Made by a program: the position numbers and the translations under genes. Shown here piece by piece: positions 44,056 to 47,170 of a stretch of 47,170 bases of DNA (positions within the stretch are counted from its first letter, which is position 1; every line of letters starts with the position of its first letter). The notes below the pieces were generated by a model. It did no database searches. It was not told the origin of the DNA and was given only the letters and a program-made list of their open reading frames with translations. The stretch lies in contig DAOPYP010000001.1 in NCBI GenBank assembly GCA_035352975.1, forward strand, positions 11,332-58,501, in the 5' to 3' direction. The stretch comes from Oscillospiraceae bacterium (GTDB lineage: Bacteria; Bacillota; Clostridia; Oscillospirales; Ruminococcaceae).

Positions 44056-44591
44056 TTTTCAAGCACCTCTACTATTTTTAATGTAAGATTATGCAGACGT
44101 TCGAAGGTCCCGATACATTTGTTCCCCGCACGAAATGTCGAAATAAGAAACGGTATGGTAATAATGTAAAGTATTATAACATAAATCGGCGAGACAAGTC
44201 CCTGAACCAATGCCGCCGCAGTAATGAAAGCCCCCGCAGCTATTCCAATTGAGGAAAATAAAACGCCCGGCGCGTATTTTTTGAACGCGAACAGCCAGAA
44301 AATATGCTGAAAACCGTTAAATGTTGTGAATACGACAAGAAAAATAGCTATTCCGGCGGATATATATTTATTCGGAATAAAATATGCTAGCGAAGCTACG
44401 ATGAATCCCCATATAGACATTATAAAAAGCCATATTCGACAGGATAGTTTTGTACTTTTTGGCGGCGGATTGTAGGTCGAGTGATACCAGTCAAGTATAT
44501 TCCATTCCTCCATTTCATGCAAAAACAAAAACAGCGGTATAATCCATATCCACGCACGAAAGTTAAGATTTAATAGAAAATCGTTAATCAT
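44052..44591 (-). CDS. HXXEE-domain membrane protein
   Basis: FLHEMEEW motif and four or five TM segments. 4-nt overlap with the flavodoxin gene. Confidence 0.65.
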   Translation of the reverse strand: MINDFLLNLNFRAWIWIIPLFLFLHEMEEWNILDWYHSTYNPPPKSTKLSCRIWLFIMSIWGFIVASLAYFIPNKYISAGIAIFLVVFTTFNGFQHIFWLFAFKKYAPGVLFSSIGIAAGAFITAAALVQGLVSPIYVIILYIITIPFLISTFRAGNKCIGTFERLHNLTLKIVEVLEK

Positions 44592-44726
44592 AAAAACATC
44601 TCCTTAAATAATTAATGTCACACTTGTGCCATCTGCAAATATATGATATAATGCTTTAGGCGGCAAGTCAACGGGTTTTGAAAAAGTGCTACAAACCGTT
44701 AAAAAATGTGACATCAGGGGGATTTT

Positions 44727-45290
44727 ATGAAAGATAGTGGTGCAAAGTCAGAAAAGCGTGTCATCGAATCGCTTATCGACCTAATGCAGATTAAAAAAAT
44801 AGACGACATTTCCATAAGTGAAATTTCTGAAAACGCCGAGATTTCACGGCGTACGTTTTACCGCAATTTCTCGTCGAAAGAAGCCGTACTCGACGGGTAT
44901 TTTGAAACAATCTTCACAGATATCCGTGAAAGTATTGACAATCTCGGCGATGATATTGACTGTATTTCGTCATTGAGGATTATTTTTAAGCTTTGTTATG
45001 AGCATAAGGACTTTTTCACGGCGCTTTCAAAAAGCAATATGCTCGGGTTCATGCTTCAAAAATGGAATACTGCACTTCCGATTTTACATTCGCTTTTTAT
45101 TGACAGAATAAAAAAATTCCCTCAGACTAAAGACGCAAAAGCTCTGGAATATCTTCTTGCCTTTAATGTCGGCGGAACGTTCAATATGGTCCTTAAATGG
45201 ATTGACGAGGGTATGGTAATTCCGCCTGACGATATGGCTGATATTGTCGAAGATTTTGCTTTCGGCACGCTTATTGATATTAATTCATAA
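44727..45290 (+). CDS. TetR/AcrR-family transcriptional regulator
   Basis: HTH ISISEISENAEISRRTFYRNF. Upstream promoter TTGTGC-17-TGaTATAAT at 44624-44652. Confidence 0.8.
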   Translation: MKDSGAKSEKRVIESLIDLMQIKKIDDISISEISENAEISRRTFYRNFSSKEAVLDGYFETIFTDIRESIDNLGDDIDCISSLRIIFKLCYEHKDFFTALSKSNMLGFMLQKWNTALPILHSLFIDRIKKFPQTKDAKALEYLLAFNVGGTFNMVLKWIDEGMVIPPDDMADIVEDFAFGTLIDINS

Positions 45291-45296
45291 TGACAT

Positions 45297-45328
45297 AAAA
45301 AATCCCGTATGTGATATACGGGATTTTT
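45297..45328. terminator. Bidirectional terminator (tetR / GH5 gene)
   Basis: 9-bp stem atcccgtat/atacgggat flanked by A6 and T5. Confidence 0.75.
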
Positions 45329-45335
45329 GTTTGTT

Positions 45336-47170
45336 TTAATACTGACTGAGTGAAATCCCGTTGCTGCCGAGCGGTATACCATGGTCAAGCCCGACAAATT
45401 TTCCGTTCTTCTGCCATAAAACCTCTTTGACGAAATTGTATTTCTGTTCGTCCCAGGTTGTGAAATCGTCCTTGACAAGCCCGCCTGTATCGCCGGAATT
45501 TGCGTTAAAGCACCAGAACGTATGGTTAAGCTTATTGTCCTTTATGAGCTTTCTCATATACGTCATCCAGGTCAGATTAGGCTCGGTCATATATCCGCCC
45601 CATTCGCCGATAAGAAGCGGTGCGGTTTTTGTTTCGTGAATATACATCCAGTTGTCTTTCCAGCAGTCTTTATAAAGGCTGTCAAAGGTGTAGCCGTTCT
45701 TGAACCAGGGCTGTTTATATACAGCGGGACCGTAATCGTGAGGAGAATAAACAAGCTTATTCTGATATTTCCCTAAATTTATCGGATAATCCTTTACTCC
45801 GCGGAGGTTCCCGCCCCACCAGTTATAATAATAATCCTTATCGTTTGTCGATTTAAAGCTGCTGTTGGTCTTAATATCTTTGGGGTATATTTCAATTCCC
45901 TCAACCATTACAAGTACATTTGGGTTTTTGGAAAGCACTGTTTTTGCAGCTTTTTCGGCAATGTATTTCCAGTTGTTCGGGTCAGTCGAGTTGTTCCAGA
46001 TAGCGTGGGGAGTTTCATTCGGCTTTCCGTGAGGCTCGTTCTTTAAATCAAATGCAATAATCGCATCATCGTTTTTATAGCGTTCTGCCATCCATGAAAG
46101 TGATTTTAAATAATCCTTTTCAGTGATGTTACCCTCGTACCAAACGGGTTTCATATGCCCCATAGCGTCGGTTTTTGCGCAGTGAATGTCAACCATGATT
46201 TTTATTCCGTTGGCGCGGCATTGTCCGACAACATAATCCCAGATTTCAAGGCTGTTCATTCCGACCAGATAAGAGTTGGTCGCCTGATTGAAGTTCGCGG
46301 TCGGATATTTCCCGTCCGCCCACTGAAGTATAAGCTCCGAGGACATAGGAACGCGGATAAGGTTGAAACCGTGGTCGGCTATGGATTTTATCGAGGTGTT
46401 GAGGTCAGCCGCCCATAAGCCGTCGAATGTGTTAGTCCCTGTATTGTATCCGAACCAGTTTACACCCGTCAGCCATACTTCTTTTCCGCTTTTGTCAATT
46501 ATCTTGTTACCCTTTACCGAAAGCCAGTCGTCAGTCGTTGGGGTGGGAACATTCTTTGCGGGGGCGGGCTTATTGTTATTACCCTGATTATTCTGCGTAT
46601 TGTTCGGTTGATTGGTTTGCGTTGGAGCCGCCGATGACGAACCGTTAACCGACTTCCCGCCGTAAACAAGCTTTGAGTTAGACGGCTTTACAACGCCCGA
46701 ACCTGTTACGATAAGCCCGAAGGTTACGTTCCCGCCCGCAGAAACCTTGCTATTATGTTCGGCTGGGGTAATGGTGAGCTTTGTTCCGTCAAGCTTATAT
46801 GAACCGTTCCATATCTGGTCTACTCCCGTCCCTGCGGGGACAGTAATTTCGGCAGTCCATCCTGATATTTCGGAAGAGCCGCTGTTTGTTATTTTAGCGT
46901 CAAGCTGAGTATACTTGCCTTTTCCGCCGTCCCAGGTGTTTCCGCTGACGATATTTAAAATTACGTCGGAGGAGGCTTTGCTACCAGATTTTTGCGCATC
47001 GGCTTTAACCACGTCCGTCTTTTTGACTGTCGATGAAGTTTCACTTGAATCGGAGCTTACCGATGTTTCGGCACTTTGATCTGAATCGTCAGTGCTTTCG
47101 GACGATGATGACAGCGTTTCGGACACGGACGTTTCTGTCTGCTTGCTTGTTTGTTTACTTTGAGCACAGC
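45336..47170 (-). CDS. GH5 endoglucanase with S/T-rich linkers and a CBM2-like module; the 5' end runs off the window
   Basis: FDLKNEPHG (acid/base) and LLIGEWGG (nucleophile). CBM-like block [11 protein letters not shown]...[10 protein letters not shown]. The frame stays open upstream of the track start to the window edge and reads ...[14 protein letters not shown]. Confidence 0.85.
   Translation of the reverse strand, partial: CAQSKQTSKQTETSVSETLSSSSESTDDSDQSAETSVSSDSSETSSTVKKTDVVKADAQKSGSKASSDVILNIVSGNTWDGGKGKYTQLDAKITNSGSSEISGWTAEITVPAGTGVDQIWNGSYKLDGTKLTITPAEHNSKVSAGGNVTFGLIVTGSGVVKPSNSKLVYGGKSVNGSSSAAPTQTNQPNNTQNNQGNNNKPAPAKNVPTPTTDDWLSVKGNKIIDKSGKEVWLTGVNWFGYNTGTNTFDGLWAADLNTSIKSIADHGFNLIRVPMSSELILQWADGKYPTANFNQATNSYLVGMNSLEIWDYVVGQCRANGIKIMVDIHCAKTDAMGHMKPVWYEGNITEKDYLKSLSWMAERYKNDDAIIAFDLKNEPHGKPNETPHAIWNNSTDPNNWKYIAEKAAKTVLSKNPNVLVMVEGIEIYPKDIKTNSSFKSTNDKDYYYNWWGGNLRGVKDYPINLGKYQNKLVYSPHDYGPAVYKQPWFKNGYTFDSLYKDCWKDNWMYIHETKTAPLLIGEWGGYMTEPNLTWMTYMRKLIKDNKLNHTFWCFNANSGDTGGLVKDDFTTWDEQKYNFVKEVLWQKNGKFVGLDHGIPLGSNGISLSQY

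Overview
The window looks like a chromosomal segment of a low-GC, spore-forming Clostridia-type Firmicute. That is an inference from the clostridial rnfCDGEAB gene order, spoVAD/spoVAEb, dpaAB, strong GGAGG ribosome-binding sites (RBSs) and TTG/GTG starts. I saw no rRNA, tRNA, CRISPR array, transposase or integrase.

Layout:
- 0-2.7 kb: 5'-unresolved histidine kinase, lipoprotein, methyltransferase.
- 2.7-9.8 kb (minus strand): a translationally coupled nine-gene unit, apbE, NusG-II-domain gene, Gx-transporter-like gene, then rnfC-D-G-E-A-B.
- 10-21 kb: housekeeping genes (XRE regulator, histidine phosphatase, DUF975, Tex, RluA-family synthase, LuxS, LysM/G5/M23 peptidase, spoVAD-spoVAEb, GNAT, VOC, cyclophilin).
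- 21-29 kb: mixed and partly accessory. It holds a solitary MazF toxin, an amidohydrolase, a 56-aa 2x[4Fe-4S] ferredoxin absent from the ORF track, an HxxxDG acyltransferase plus zinc-ribbon membrane protein pair, an almost pure A/T tract followed by a very low-GC orphan gene, dpaBA, and an LRR lipoprotein.
- 29-37 kb: S24/XRE repressor, MCP, pseudo-receiver HD-GYP protein, DUF4405 membrane protein, cation:proton antiporter with a structured leader, and a CobU-like/PilT pair.
- 37-45 kb: an accessory-looking sensing and detoxification cluster with AraC-GyrI, MerR-TipAS, a WYL (YafY-type) regulator and TetR.
- 45.3 kb to the window end: GH5 cellulase with a CBM2-like module, running off the edge.

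The best candidate for an undescribed system is the six-gene minus-strand operon at 39.0-43.5 kb. Its order is WYL regulator (split by a frameshift in a (TA)5 run), GyrI-like, DUF5131, GyrI-like, GNAT-YoaP, and an Fpg/Nei-like protein lacking the N-terminal proline. All homology calls are by eye from motifs; no database search was run.
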